Below are positions 1 through 10,100 of a stretch of 32,000 nt of DNA, piece by piece. This DNA is from Acaryochloris marina S15. GTDB taxonomy: Bacteria; Cyanobacteriota; Cyanobacteriia; Thermosynechococcales; Thermosynechococcaceae. The notes beneath the pieces are model-generated. The model was not told the origin of the DNA. It did no database searches and saw nothing but the letters and a program-made list of their open reading frames with translations. Where the stretch lies: contig NZ_CP064923.1 in NCBI RefSeq assembly GCF_018336915.1, positions 2,970,001 through 3,002,000 of the forward strand, read 5' to 3'. The position numbers and the translations under genes are program-made. Each line of letters begins with the position of its first letter. Position 1 is the first letter of the stretch.

Positions 1-1831
1 GCTTCTCTTCATGGGACATCAGCATACTTTCTGTAAGTTCGAGCTTTAGATATTGTCCGTCTAACTCTGACTGAGATAAAACCTGATCAACAATTTGGAT
101 AAAGTTGGGATCTTGTAGTTGTTCGCTGGATAAATTAACGCTAAATTTCAACTCCGTTGCAGAGGCAAACTTTTGTTGGTAAGCCCGCAGGGTCTGGCAA
201 GCTTCCTGGAGAACCCATTGACCAATCTCCACGATCAACCCCGTCTCTTCTGCCAAGGGGATGAAATCCGATGGCATCACTAACCCCCGCTCAGGATGTT
301 GCCACCTGACTAATACCTCAACATCGCTGAGGTCTCCCGTCGTCAGGTCAATAATCGGTTGATAATACAGCACCAATTCTTGCCGATCGACCGCAGAGCG
401 TAGATCTCGCTCCAGTTTGAGCAGGCTCAGGGTCTGGGCATGCATTTCCGGGCTAAACACCACAAAGCAGCCTTTACCTAAGGATTTAGCGCGATACATG
501 GCAATATCTGCATCCCGCAAGAGTAAAGTTGCATCGTCATACTGCACGGAGTTGTAGGCGATACCGATGCTGGACCCGGTAAAGACACTATGATCTCCCA
601 CCTGAAATGGTGTTTTTAAGGTTTCTAGAATACGTTCTGCCACATGAATCGCATCATCAATGCCCTGAATGCCATCCAGGAGAATGGTAAATTCGTCTCC
701 CCCTAAGCGAGCCACGGTATCAGAGGTGCGCAAGCAGTTTTCTAACAGATGTGCGATCGCAACCAGTAATTGGTCACCGACAAGATGTCCCAAACTATCG
801 TTGATAATCTTAAATCGGTCCAGATCGATAAACAGCAATGCAAACTGATAATCGGGAATGCGATGTTGGCGCTTTAAGGACTGAGAGATCCGCTCCATCA
901 TCAAATTACGGTTCGGCAGCCCCGTTAACTCATCATGAAAGGCATCATGGAGCAATTGAGCCTGAGCCCGTTTTTGCTCCGTAATATCGTAAATAATTCC
1001 ATCTAGGCGGCTGGGGCGTCCTTGATCATCCGTAATCACATGGCCCCGGTTTTTCAGCCACCTGATTTCTCCATCGGGCCGCAAAATTCGGTATTCAATG
1101 TTCAGAGAACCGGCTGCTAGCAATTGATCAAAGAAATGGACCATTTGATGGCGATCTGCAGGATGGATCACATCAAGCCATAAATCAGGACTACTGAGAA
1201 ACGACGATACAGGATAGCCATGAACCGCCTCTGCCGCCGGATTCAAATACAACAACTGAAACTCTTCAACTGCTGCTGACCACACCACATCATCTAATGA
1301 ATTGAGAATGCTTTCTAACCGGATTTCGCTCTCCTGCAATTTCTGCTGTACGAGCTGACGCTCATCAATTTCTCCTTTTAATTGAGAATTCACAGCTCGG
1401 AGAGTTCTATTCTGCTCAATTAACTGCTCATCTTGCAGATGGCTCTTTAATGCCGCCTTTACCGTTAGTTTTAAGTCAGTTTCGTCCCAGGGTTTAGCGA
1501 TGTAACGATATAAATTAGCAGAATTAACGGCATGAATCACAGCATCTAGATTAGCCTCACCCGTCAACAGAATTTTTCGGGTTTTCGGATATTGAATCTG
1601 TAAATAGCTGAGGAGAGAATCCCCCCCCATATCCGGCAAATTTTGGTCACAAATGACCAAGGGAATTGCAATTTGGTCTACCTCTAATTCAGAAAATAGC
1701 TCTAGGGCCTCTCCGCCACTTTCTGCCACCTCAATGTCGTAGGTATCGTCGATGATTCGCTGCAATTGATCTCGAAGACTATTCAGAATCAATCGGTCAT
1801 CATCAATGCAAATGATCGTGCCTTTGCTCAC
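1..1831 (-). CDS. Receiver (REC) + PAS + GGDEF + EAL c-di-GMP turnover protein; C-terminal end runs off the window
   Basis: Missing from the ORF track because there is no stop in the window. Hand translation of the minus strand starts at GTG 1831, with GGAG 5 nt upstream and an in-frame TGA at 1877-1879. It gives VSKGTIICIDDD...VICDQNLPDMGG...YIAKPWDETDL (REC), a coiled coil, a PAS-like stretch (ILNSLDDVVW...EYRILRPDGEIRWL), RLGGDEFTILL (GGDEF), and LYYQPII..EVLVRWQHP..LELTES (EAL). The frame is still open at position 1. Confidence 0.85.
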   Translation of the reverse strand, partial: MSKGTIICIDDDRLILNSLRDQLQRIIDDTYDIEVAESGGEALELFSELEVDQIAIPLVICDQNLPDMGGDSLLSYLQIQYPKTRKILLTGEANLDAVIHAVNSANLYRYIAKPWDETDLKLTVKAALKSHLQDEQLIEQNRTLRAVNSQLKGEIDERQLVQQKLQESEIRLESILNSLDDVVWSAAVEEFQLLYLNPAAEAVHGYPVSSFLSSPDLWLDVIHPADRHQMVHFFDQLLAAGSLNIEYRILRPDGEIRWLKNRGHVITDDQGRPSRLDGIIYDITEQKRAQAQLLHDAFHDELTGLPNRNLMMERISQSLKRQHRIPDYQFALLFIDLDRFKIINDSLGHLVGDQLLVAIAHLLENCLRTSDTVARLGGDEFTILLDGIQGIDDAIHVAERILETLKTPFQVGDHSVFTGSSIGIAYNSVQYDDATLLLRDADIAMYRAKSLGKGCFVVFSPEMHAQTLSLLKLERDLRSAVDRQELVLYYQPIIDLTTGDLSDVEVLVRWQHPERGLVMPSDFIPLAEETGLIVEIGQWVLQEACQTLRAYQQKFASATELKFSVNLSSEQLQDPNFIQIVDQVLSQSELDGQYLKLELTESMLMSHEEK

Positions 1832-1924
1832 CGTTGCTCCACCATCGTCGCTGCTGTCACTTTGGGCACATTCCGTTCAAATACAATGAGGATTAACCTA
1901 AAAATAAAGCGAATTCTCAACTCA

Positions 1925-4249
1925 TTAGCTCACTTCAAGCGGTAACCAAACCTCAAACCTAGTATGCCCTGGCTGGCTTTGACATTCGACCTTTCCTTGG
2001 TGTTTATCAACAATTTTACGGACAATATCCAGCCCTAAACCACTCCCTTCACCCGCAGGTTTTGTCGTGAAAAAGGGATCAAATATCTTAGCTTGCACCT
2101 CCTCAGGGATGCCACCTCCTGAATCCGTAATGCTGACCAGAATTCCCTGTTGATCCAGACCAATCGCTAATTCAATCTGTCCTTTATAATCCATAGCCTG
2201 CATGGCATTATGCAGCAAATTCGTCCATACCTGAGCCAGTTCTTCTGGGTAGCAAAGAATGTCTGGCACATCATCAAAGGCTTTGGTCAAATCGATGCCA
2301 TGTTTAATCTGGTTATGGTACAAGGTCAGCACCGTTTCTACGGTAGCGGGAACAGACGCTTTGACTTTCTCATTACTCAGATCTTGGCGAGCATAGCTCT
2401 TCAAGGCAAACACAATTTTGGCTGCCCGTCCCACGGCCAAGCGGATATTTTGAGTGTTGTTATGAATGACCGTCAAATCATAGGCAACATTCATAACCTC
2501 GGTATTGTTCGGCAGCTCTAGGATGGGCATAAACGGTGACAGATCAGCAGACACCCCCATCTTACTGAGGGTGCTGGCCAGGTCAGCAGCAGGCTCTAAG
2601 CTTTTCTCTACCAGGATTTTCTTCAAGCTTCGTTTGAGCTTACGCTCCTCGCGAGAGGTCAACAACTCCTGTTGCTGGGCCACCGCCAGTAACTCAAAAA
2701 ACGCGTCGGTTTGTTCTGGCTGTAATTGATCCAGAATTTGGGGGAGCCGCTGCATTGACTTCTCTAGGGAAGAGGCAATATTTTCGCCAGCTGCTTGAAT
2801 GGCTCCCAAGGGCGTATTGATTTCATGGGCCACCCCTGCTGTCAGTTGGCCTAAAGCCACCATTTTTTCAGATTGAACCAACTCCTGGGTTCGCTGTTGA
2901 ACTTCCTGTTCCAGAGACCGATTATATTCTGCTAACTGTTGCTCACTCTTTTTCAGGGCTTCGACCACCACGTTTCGCTCTTCCAAAGAGAGGCGTAGAT
3001 CATGGACCATTTGATTAAATGATCGAGCTAACTCACCCAACTCGTCAGAGCGGTTGAGGGCAACATTTTGCTGTAAGTCTCCTGAAGAAATCGCGGTGGC
3101 AGCTTCGTTAATTTTTAAGATCGGGCTGGTCACCCATCGGGCGGTCGCAACCCCAATTAGGATCGCAAACAGCAGAGCAGCAACCGATAGACCAACAGTT
3201 GAGCGGTTATTAGCATAGATTTGTTCCATGAAGTCTGCTTCTGGAACCACAACCACACTGAGCCAATCTAAGCCATGCTGATCCTTAAGGGGATTAACTT
3301 GAAGGAAATAACGCTGACCCTCAATATCGATCGCCAGCTGTTGGCGCACTGAAATCTCCTGCAGGGTCCCAAACCGTTTCAATAATTTCTCAGTGGTTGC
3401 CCTAACGACAGGGTCTTGGCTTTCTAGGGCAGGTAAACGCTGAGGTCCTTTCTCGGACGGAGTAAAGGGCTGTTCGGAAGTGGACGTCGCCACCAATAAT
3501 CCTGAGCGCTCCAGAATAAAACTTTTGCCGGATTTACCAATTTTGAGGGTTCGCAGAAAATCGCTAAACTGAGCAATCGATAGGTCCGTTGCTAAGACCC
3601 CTTGAAAGGTTCCAGACTGATCGTAATAGGGTTGTCCTAGGGTAATTGCTAAGGTCGGTGGATTCACCCAAGCATAAATATCGGTCCAAGTCGGCTTATC
3701 TTTTTTCTCGGGAATTAGGTACCAAGGGCGTTTTTGAGGCGCAAAGTTAGGGGATGTTTCTAATTTTGTCCCCCGTTGCCCATTTTGTTTGATGGAGTAA
3801 GTTTGTAAGTCTCCAGAATACTCCGTTACTTGATAGGTAAAACTGCCATCATCATTCGCAGCCAGCCCCACAAATTCACCTTGAGGCGTTCCAAACTGGA
3901 TGTAGCTAATCCGATCAAACACCTGGATCTGCCGCCAAAAATGACGTTCCATGCTGTTTAGGGTATTGGCTTTGAGCTGCCCTAAATCTAAAGCATGCTG
4001 ATTGAGTTGGTTGACGGCATGGGGAGCAGCCAAATAGGTTTGGGTTCGCTCAGCGATATGGACTTCCACTTCATCCGTCAACTGTTGGGCCAAGGATTCA
4101 ATGGACCGTTGACCATTCTGAAATGATAAATAGCCCACCAAGCCAACAGCACCGCAAACCTGCAATACAAAGGGCACCACCAGGACCGTTCTGAGCTTCT
4201 GGCGACGAGCAAGTTTTCCTGGAAAGGATCGCAAAGTTTGGATAAACAT
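1925..4249 (-). CDS. Sensor histidine kinase: TM, ~300-aa Cache-like periplasmic domain, TM, HAMP, coiled coil, H-box, HATPase_c
   Basis: 775-aa ORF. Two hydrophobic helices (res ~22-45 and ~353-372) flank a large extracytoplasmic region. HAMP-like SPILKINEAATAISSGDL...ELARSFNQMV. H-box GVAHEINTPLG. N-box WTNLLHNAMQAM, G1 DSGGGIP, G2 GSGLGL. The track start is TTG 4252; ATG at 4249 is more likely. Confidence 0.85.
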   Translation of the reverse strand: MFIQTLRSFPGKLARRQKLRTVLVVPFVLQVCGAVGLVGYLSFQNGQRSIESLAQQLTDEVEVHIAERTQTYLAAPHAVNQLNQHALDLGQLKANTLNSMERHFWRQIQVFDRISYIQFGTPQGEFVGLAANDDGSFTYQVTEYSGDLQTYSIKQNGQRGTKLETSPNFAPQKRPWYLIPEKKDKPTWTDIYAWVNPPTLAITLGQPYYDQSGTFQGVLATDLSIAQFSDFLRTLKIGKSGKSFILERSGLLVATSTSEQPFTPSEKGPQRLPALESQDPVVRATTEKLLKRFGTLQEISVRQQLAIDIEGQRYFLQVNPLKDQHGLDWLSVVVVPEADFMEQIYANNRSTVGLSVAALLFAILIGVATARWVTSPILKINEAATAISSGDLQQNVALNRSDELGELARSFNQMVHDLRLSLEERNVVVEALKKSEQQLAEYNRSLEQEVQQRTQELVQSEKMVALGQLTAGVAHEINTPLGAIQAAGENIASSLEKSMQRLPQILDQLQPEQTDAFFELLAVAQQQELLTSREERKLKRSLKKILVEKSLEPAADLASTLSKMGVSADLSPFMPILELPNNTEVMNVAYDLTVIHNNTQNIRLAVGRAAKIVFALKSYARQDLSNEKVKASVPATVETVLTLYHNQIKHGIDLTKAFDDVPDILCYPEELAQVWTNLLHNAMQAMDYKGQIELAIGLDQQGILVSITDSGGGIPEEVQAKIFDPFFTTKPAGEGSGLGLDIVRKIVDKHQGKVECQSQPGHTRFEVWLPLEVS

Positions 4250-4261
4250 CAACCCCTATCT

Positions 4262-4663
4262 CTATTCTTGAAATGCCGACAAGCCGGTTTTTATCACATC
4301 CATTAAATCTTCTTCATTCCAAGGCTTTGAAACATAAGCATGGAGTTTCATATTCTGATGAATTCGATCGACAGCAGATTGGTCTGCTTGCCCGGACAAC
4401 AACACCGTCACAATTTCTGGAAATTTTTGATTTAACTCGATCAGGAATTCATCCCCCTTGGTTCCGGGCATTAACCAATCTGAAATAATGATCAGAATTT
4501 CAACATCATCTTCTTTCAGTTCATCGATGACTTCCCAGGCTTCTTCAACACTCTCAGCGATTTCACAGGTATGCTGATCACCAAAATATTTACTAATTTG
4601 GTCACGCAGGCTTCTTAGCACTACAGATTCATCATCAACACAAATAATTGCTGAATTTGCCAT
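4262..4663 (-). CDS. Stand-alone response-regulator receiver domain protein
   Basis: ICVDDE...IIISDWLMPG (phospho-acceptor Asp context)...YVSKPWNEEDL. The ATG at 4663 (MANSAII) is preferred over TTG 4690. The stop lies 12 nt upstream of the kinase ATG, so co-transcription is likely. Confidence 0.85.
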   Translation of the reverse strand: MANSAIICVDDESVVLRSLRDQISKYFGDQHTCEIAESVEEAWEVIDELKEDDVEILIIISDWLMPGTKGDEFLIELNQKFPEIVTVLLSGQADQSAVDRIHQNMKLHAYVSKPWNEEDLMDVIKTGLSAFQE

Positions 4664-4877
4664 TTCTATTTTTATTAAGCCTCTAGACAATTACCTCAAT
4701 AATCCTTATTCATAAACAGAGCAATAGATTATTGTCTTTTGAAAATTATTTATTCTAAACAGTTCAAAAGAGCCAGTATAGGAAGCTGGGCATTGTGATC
4801 CCACAAACAACAGGACCATACCCAGTTTGCCCAGTTATTCTTCTGACTTGAAACTTTAGGAACAGGAGTTTACTTTT

Positions 4878-6203
4878 CTACAGTAAAGCGGCCGCCCGTT
4901 CAGCCAAATCAGACCGCTCACCTTGATACAAAGTAATATGGCCCGCTATGGACTCAGACTTAAATCGCTCCACTACGTAAGTCAACCCATTACTGGCCGC
5001 ATCTACATAGGGATTATCGATTTGCTCAGGGTCCCCGGTGAGAACCACTTTGGTATCTTCCCCGGCCCGAGTCAAAATCGTCTTAACTTCATGGGGAGTT
5101 AAGTTTTGAGCTTCATCCACAATCAAAAATTGTTTGGGAATGGTCCGTCCACGGATATAGGTAAGGGGTTCAATTTGGAGTAGCCCTTGGTCCATTAACT
5201 CCTCATGGCCCCGTCGCCAATGTTGAGGTTGCCCTGCCGCTTCTTGAGTCCCAAAAATCAGATCAAAATTGTCATAGAGGGGTTGCATCCAAGGGGTTAG
5301 TTTTTCGTCAATATCTCCGGGTAAATATCCCAAATCTCGTCCCATGGGCACGACGGGACGGGCAATTAACAGACGGCTATAGTTCTTCTCATCCGCTACT
5401 TTATGTAACCCTGCTGCGATCGCAATCAAGGTTTTGCCCGTTCCTGCTTTCCCCACCAAAGTCACTAAGGAAATATCGTCTCGCATCAACAATTCAAAGG
5501 CGAATTTTTGTTCGCGATTCCGCGCTCGAATTCTAGAAATGCCGTTATGGGGAAATTTGGGCAGGGGAATCACTTCCCCCGTGTGATCCCCCGCTAGGGC
5601 CAAGGCCGTGTGGGAAGGCTTTAGACTATCCACTAAAGTGACCGCCTGATTAGGCCATGTTTTTTCGGGTAGAGACGTCTGTCCTGCTTGAAATAGCTGA
5701 CTGATCGTGTCGCTCCCTACCATGACTTCAGTCATACCGGTATAAAGCCCTTCAAAATCAACCTTATCCGTGGAGTAGTCTTCTGCAGCTAGTCCTAAGA
5801 CATCGGCTTTGATGCGGAGATTGGTATCTTTACTCACCAAGGCCACGGGACATTGGCACTGATTTTTCAGTTCCAGGGCCACGGCCAAGATCGCGTTATC
5901 GGCTTGGTCCCCTTCTAATTCAGGTGGAAGTTCTTTGAGGGTGATGCGATCGCACAAGGCAACCCGTATCGTTCCTCCCTTCGGCAGGTCAATCCCATTT
6001 GTGAGTTGGCCCTGAGCCCTTAAATCATCTAAGGTTCGCGATACCTGACGAGCATTCCGCCCCGTTTCTTGGGGTTGCTTTTTGAACCGATCAAGTTCTT
6101 CGATAATCGTAATCGGCAAGACTACGTCGTTGTCCTCAAAGCGAAAGATGGCATTCGGATCATGCAGCAGTACATTCGTATCGAGGACAAACGCTTTTTT
6201 CAT
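4878..6203 (-). CDS. PhoH2-type protein: N-terminal PIN nuclease domain fused to a PhoH-like P-loop ATPase
   Basis: PIN motifs VLDTNVLLHDP, ITIIEELD, DNAILAVA. Walker A GKAGTGKT, Walker B FLIVDEAQN, and a PhoH-type C-terminus (VVLTGDPEQIDNPY). Confidence 0.85.
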   Translation of the reverse strand: MKKAFVLDTNVLLHDPNAIFRFEDNDVVLPITIIEELDRFKKQPQETGRNARQVSRTLDDLRAQGQLTNGIDLPKGGTIRVALCDRITLKELPPELEGDQADNAILAVALELKNQCQCPVALVSKDTNLRIKADVLGLAAEDYSTDKVDFEGLYTGMTEVMVGSDTISQLFQAGQTSLPEKTWPNQAVTLVDSLKPSHTALALAGDHTGEVIPLPKFPHNGISRIRARNREQKFAFELLMRDDISLVTLVGKAGTGKTLIAIAAGLHKVADEKNYSRLLIARPVVPMGRDLGYLPGDIDEKLTPWMQPLYDNFDLIFGTQEAAGQPQHWRRGHEELMDQGLLQIEPLTYIRGRTIPKQFLIVDEAQNLTPHEVKTILTRAGEDTKVVLTGDPEQIDNPYVDAASNGLTYVVERFKSESIAGHITLYQGERSDLAERAAALL

Positions 6204-6353
6204 AGGAGAGATAATAACCTAGCAAGAAAATGGGCAGCCGAAAGTTGATACTTCATTACAGCACATTGATCTAAAACCTAGCGTCCCGATTGAAGCCATA
6301 CCGCTGCAGATTTTATAGCGTACACACAAAATTTCTCCATAAAAAAGTAGCAG

Positions 6354-6382
6354 AAAGCCCACCTTTATATAAGGTGGGCTTT
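6354..6382 (-). terminator. Hairpin (12-bp stem, 5-nt loop) downstream of the 6503 gene
   Basis: AAAGCCCACCTT-tatat-AAGGTGGGCTTT. On the minus strand a T6 run follows 7 nt after the stem (plus-strand A-run 6341-6346). Confidence 0.5.
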
Positions 6383-6502
6383 ACAGGACTCATTTCTCTT
6401 CAACCAAAAGAATCGGCAGACATTGGAAGCTTCTATTGCAAGGGAAATTACCAAAGATAGCCTGTCACCCAGCAATATCTCTTTCTATGTCCCGCACAAC
6501 GC

Positions 6503-6973
6503 TTACGACTTGATAGCACGGAGTTTGCGAGATAGCACAGCCGCCGATCCCATGCCACCAGAGAGAACAATCGCCACCAGGGGAATTTGAGGCGACTGGT
6601 GCTGAGGGACTTCGCTAATCTCATTCAGATTAATTCCCTTGGGCGTCACCGGCACCGTCAAGATATCTTGATGCCCCGACTCGCCAATGCTGACTTCCCA
6701 TTCTCCCGGCATTCTTTCGCTGGTATCAAAGGTAAACTGACCCTTTTCATCCGTCTCGGTCTCCATCACTGGCTCAGTCAGATTGTCAGGGGAGTAAATT
6801 TTGACCTTGGCCTTCTTATGGGGCTCACCCGTACTAAATACCGCCGTAAACTGAACCTTATTCGCTTCTTCTAATACATAGTTCGTCTGCAGGGCATGGG
6901 CCATAGCGCGAACAGGAACTCCCAGTACAGCCAACAGCAGGAGCGGCATTAATACTTTAGATTTCATCTGCAT
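6503..6973 (-). CDS. Small exported protein with a beta-rich (transthyretin/Ig-like?) domain and a C-terminal membrane anchor; function unknown
   Basis: Signal peptide MQMKSKVLMPLLLLAVLGVPVRAMA|HAL. Beta-strand-like alternation (KVKIYSPDN..GQFTFDTS..GEWEVSIGESGH). C-terminal hydrophobic helix IPLVAIVLSGGMGSAAVL followed by RKLRAIKS. The ATG at 6973 is preceded by AGGAAT; an alternative ATG is at 6967. Confidence 0.6.
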   Translation of the reverse strand: MQMKSKVLMPLLLLAVLGVPVRAMAHALQTNYVLEEANKVQFTAVFSTGEPHKKAKVKIYSPDNLTEPVMETETDEKGQFTFDTSERMPGEWEVSIGESGHQDILTVPVTPKGINLNEISEVPQHQSPQIPLVAIVLSGGMGSAAVLSRKLRAIKS

Positions 6974-7110
6974 TATTCCTAAGGTTTCGTTTTCAACTAA
7001 GGTGTCAGGACCAAACACTTTGAGATTGGCTCTATCCTACCGATTAATTCCCAATCTTTCACCCCATTCCAACCCAATTATTCCCCTAACCCCAAAAATT
7101 AGCGCACAGG

Positions 7111-10100
7111 CTAATCTCGACTCCAGACTTTTATGGCACTATTTTTGCTGCTACTGACCAAAGACTGACCATCGGCGGCAAAAGCCAAGGAATAAATATC
7201 ACCTTGATAGCCTGTAAGCGTATGACGCAAAGCCCCCGTAGAAAGGTTCCAGAGCTTTACGGTGCGATCTAGGCTGCCCGTTGCCAAGGTATTGCCATCG
7301 GGACTGAAAGTTACCGCCGTCACCGGCTTGGCATGCTCCTGAATGGTTTGATTCAATTTTCCAGACTTCAGATCCCAGAGCTTCACCGTCTTATCCTGGC
7401 TGGCGCTAGCTAACTGCTGACTAGAAGGTCCAAAGGCAATGGAAATCACCCGACCCGTATGTCCTTGGAAGGTCCGCATAAGCTTGCCCGTCTTCAAATC
7501 CCAGAGCTTCACCGTCTTATCGCTGCTAGCACTGGCTATCATCTGGCCATTGGCACTAATGGTCACAGACCGGACTTGTCCCGAATGCCCCTTGAGGGTG
7601 CGGACTAACTTGCCCGTTTTGATATTCCAAACTTTCAAGGTCTGATCTTCACTGCCACTGACCAGTAGAGTACCGTCGGGACTGATGGCTACAGACCATA
7701 CGGTCTTCGGGTGAGCCGCAAAGGTTCTCAGGAGCTTCCCGGTGGGTACATCCCACAATTTAATCGTGCAATCACCACTGGCACTAGCCAAAATCTTACC
7801 TTTGGGGCCTAGGGCAATCGTCCAAACCTGATCTTTGTGATCCGACAGGGTCCGAATCAGCTGGCCTTTACCTAAGTTCCACAGCTTAATATCGTTTTGG
7901 TCACCACTGCCGATCAGGGTCTTACCATCCGGACTGAGGGCAACGGACCAAATCGCCTGTTTCGGGGCATTTGACAAGGTTTTTAATTGAGCATTCTTCC
8001 AATTGATACCCGCTTGGCATTGGGAAAAGAGTTTCTGGGCAGAGGGATAAAGTCGAGAATCTTTGGGAATATTTTGGGTCTGGGCAATGCAGTTGTCATA
8101 GCGTTTCTGTTGGGCTAGGGACTGCCAAAATTCCATCTGCTGGGCTTCTTTCTGACGCTGTTGCCCCTCTTGTTGTTGACGCAGAATAGACATGAGTAAC
8201 AGCAGTGCGATCGCACCAGCCCCCGCAAACCACCATACCCGTTTGGGTACTGTTTGCAATTGACGCCAAGAGAGGGAAGACAGATTCCCTCGCAATCGAG
8301 CGTTTCGTACATACTGACTCACAGTCGTGGACAGGTTTTGCCCCATGGAACTGAGGTGCTGAGCAGAAGTCTGCAGGGTCTGTTGTCCCACCCCCAGAGC
8401 TTGGTGTAACGGCTGAATCACCGTTTGATTCGACCAGGTGGAACTGGGCGCTACTCGTCTAGGCACTTCCGGGGCTTGTCCAGGAAATTGAATCACCTGA
8501 ACCTGGCGAATAATTGCGGATTCAACCGGAATCGTATCCGCATCCGTTAAGCCCAAAGTCGCTTGAAACTGTCGAAACTGATCCTGCAAATAATCACTAA
8601 CCGGGTATTCTTGTCGCACGGCCTCCACAAAAGCCATGGCATATTCTTGCAGTTTCGTTTGATACGCCTTTCCAGGTTTACTCACCTCCGCTTCAATCGT
8701 CTTGGCCATCTCTAAATCAAGATCAAGGCTGGACTGAAGATTATCCAAAATCACCCGATTGACCGGCGATATTTCACCGCGGCCCGCATAGAATTCGAAC
8801 TGGCGGCGATAGGCAAATTGGGGCTGATCGATGGGAGCTTGGGCCAAGGCTAAATTTTGCACCGCCTTGACATTGTAAATTTGAGGTTCAATCGCCGGAA
8901 TCTCTTGTTTGACCTTGCGCTTCGCATAGGCATACCATTCTTCCACCGAAATACTGCCATCACAATTTTGATCCGCAGCCCCCGTTCTGAGCCCTTCCAC
9001 TAAATAAAACGTGTAGAGAGATAGATCAGCCCCCTTATGGACAAACGCATGGCGGGCTTGGGTCGCTGATGTCATGATCGTCCGCCCCAATCCTCCTAAA
9101 TATTGAGGGAGGTTTACCCCCCCTAGATGGGGATTTGAGGCAGAGGTAGAGGGTTGCCGATAGCAGCAATCCAACAGAACAACCTGTCGTTCTGCTTTAC
9201 TGTCATTCAGAATATCTTGCAGCAGATCAGCCGAAACCAGGGTTGAACGCACCACTTTATCTTTCGAGTTGGTGCGACTCATACTGGTGGTTAAACCAAA
9301 CCGGCCATGATCATCTAGTACCACCCCATGTCCCGAAAAATAGATGACGAGTAAATCATCAACATCCCGATCTTGGCAAAAACTTTCTAGGGATTCTGCC
9401 AAAATTTGGGGATTGGGGTTGAGTAGGGTTTGGACCTCATCAAAGGCCGCTATTTTGGGATTTTCCAGGACTTGCTTCATAACAGCAATATCCTGCTGTA
9501 CCCCTGGCAAGGGTTCAAATCCATGTTCACAATGACTGACCCCAATCAACAGGGCATTCTTAGTCGTGGGCACCCGAGCCATCGAGTCTAAGGTAATTCT
9601 CGGAGACTCTAGCAAGCGTTCAAGAGAACTCAGTAGGGGCTGATTGTCCACTTCTGGTGAGAGGGGGACAGCTGTTGTTTCTGGAGATATTTCTGGGTCA
9701 TTCCCTTTGCCATTCGCCAACTCTGACTCACCAGGAATTGCCACTGAGAAACTCAGAAGCTTACCTTTATTGAGCAACAACCGACATCGAGCCCGAGAAC
9801 CCGAAGGAATCGTCACCCCCGGTAATGTCGGTGGTAAATCTTCTATTTGATCAATGACTACCTTTTGCAGATCTGGAGAAACACTATGCCGTTCTATCAA
9901 CGTGACGGGGCCCCGTTCTAAGCAGGCATAGATTTTATCCAAGAGGGGATTATCCAGAGGCCCCGCTAAACAATAGGCAATAAAGTAGGGGATGTGACTT
10001 CGGCCTAAGTCATCATCCCCTTGGTTATACATCCAGCCAAATAAAGTGAGCTCAGAAGAGATTTGGGCAAGGTATGCTGCTCGATACCCCGGCTGAGGCG

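Noticed and set aside
4878-6203. PIN domain gene as half of a classical toxin-antitoxin pair
   Set aside because: No small antitoxin ORF is adjacent on either side. The PIN domain is fused to a PhoH ATPase (PhoH2 architecture), so this is not a VapBC-type pair.
7114-7956. Regular 126-bp repeats, including an identical 24-mer at 7372-7395 and 7498-7521; considered as a CRISPR-like or satellite array
   Set aside because: The periodicity equals one 42-codon WD40 blade, and the repeats are in frame within a long ORF. The identical 24-mer encodes the conserved DKTVKLWDL strand. There is no spacer/repeat organisation.
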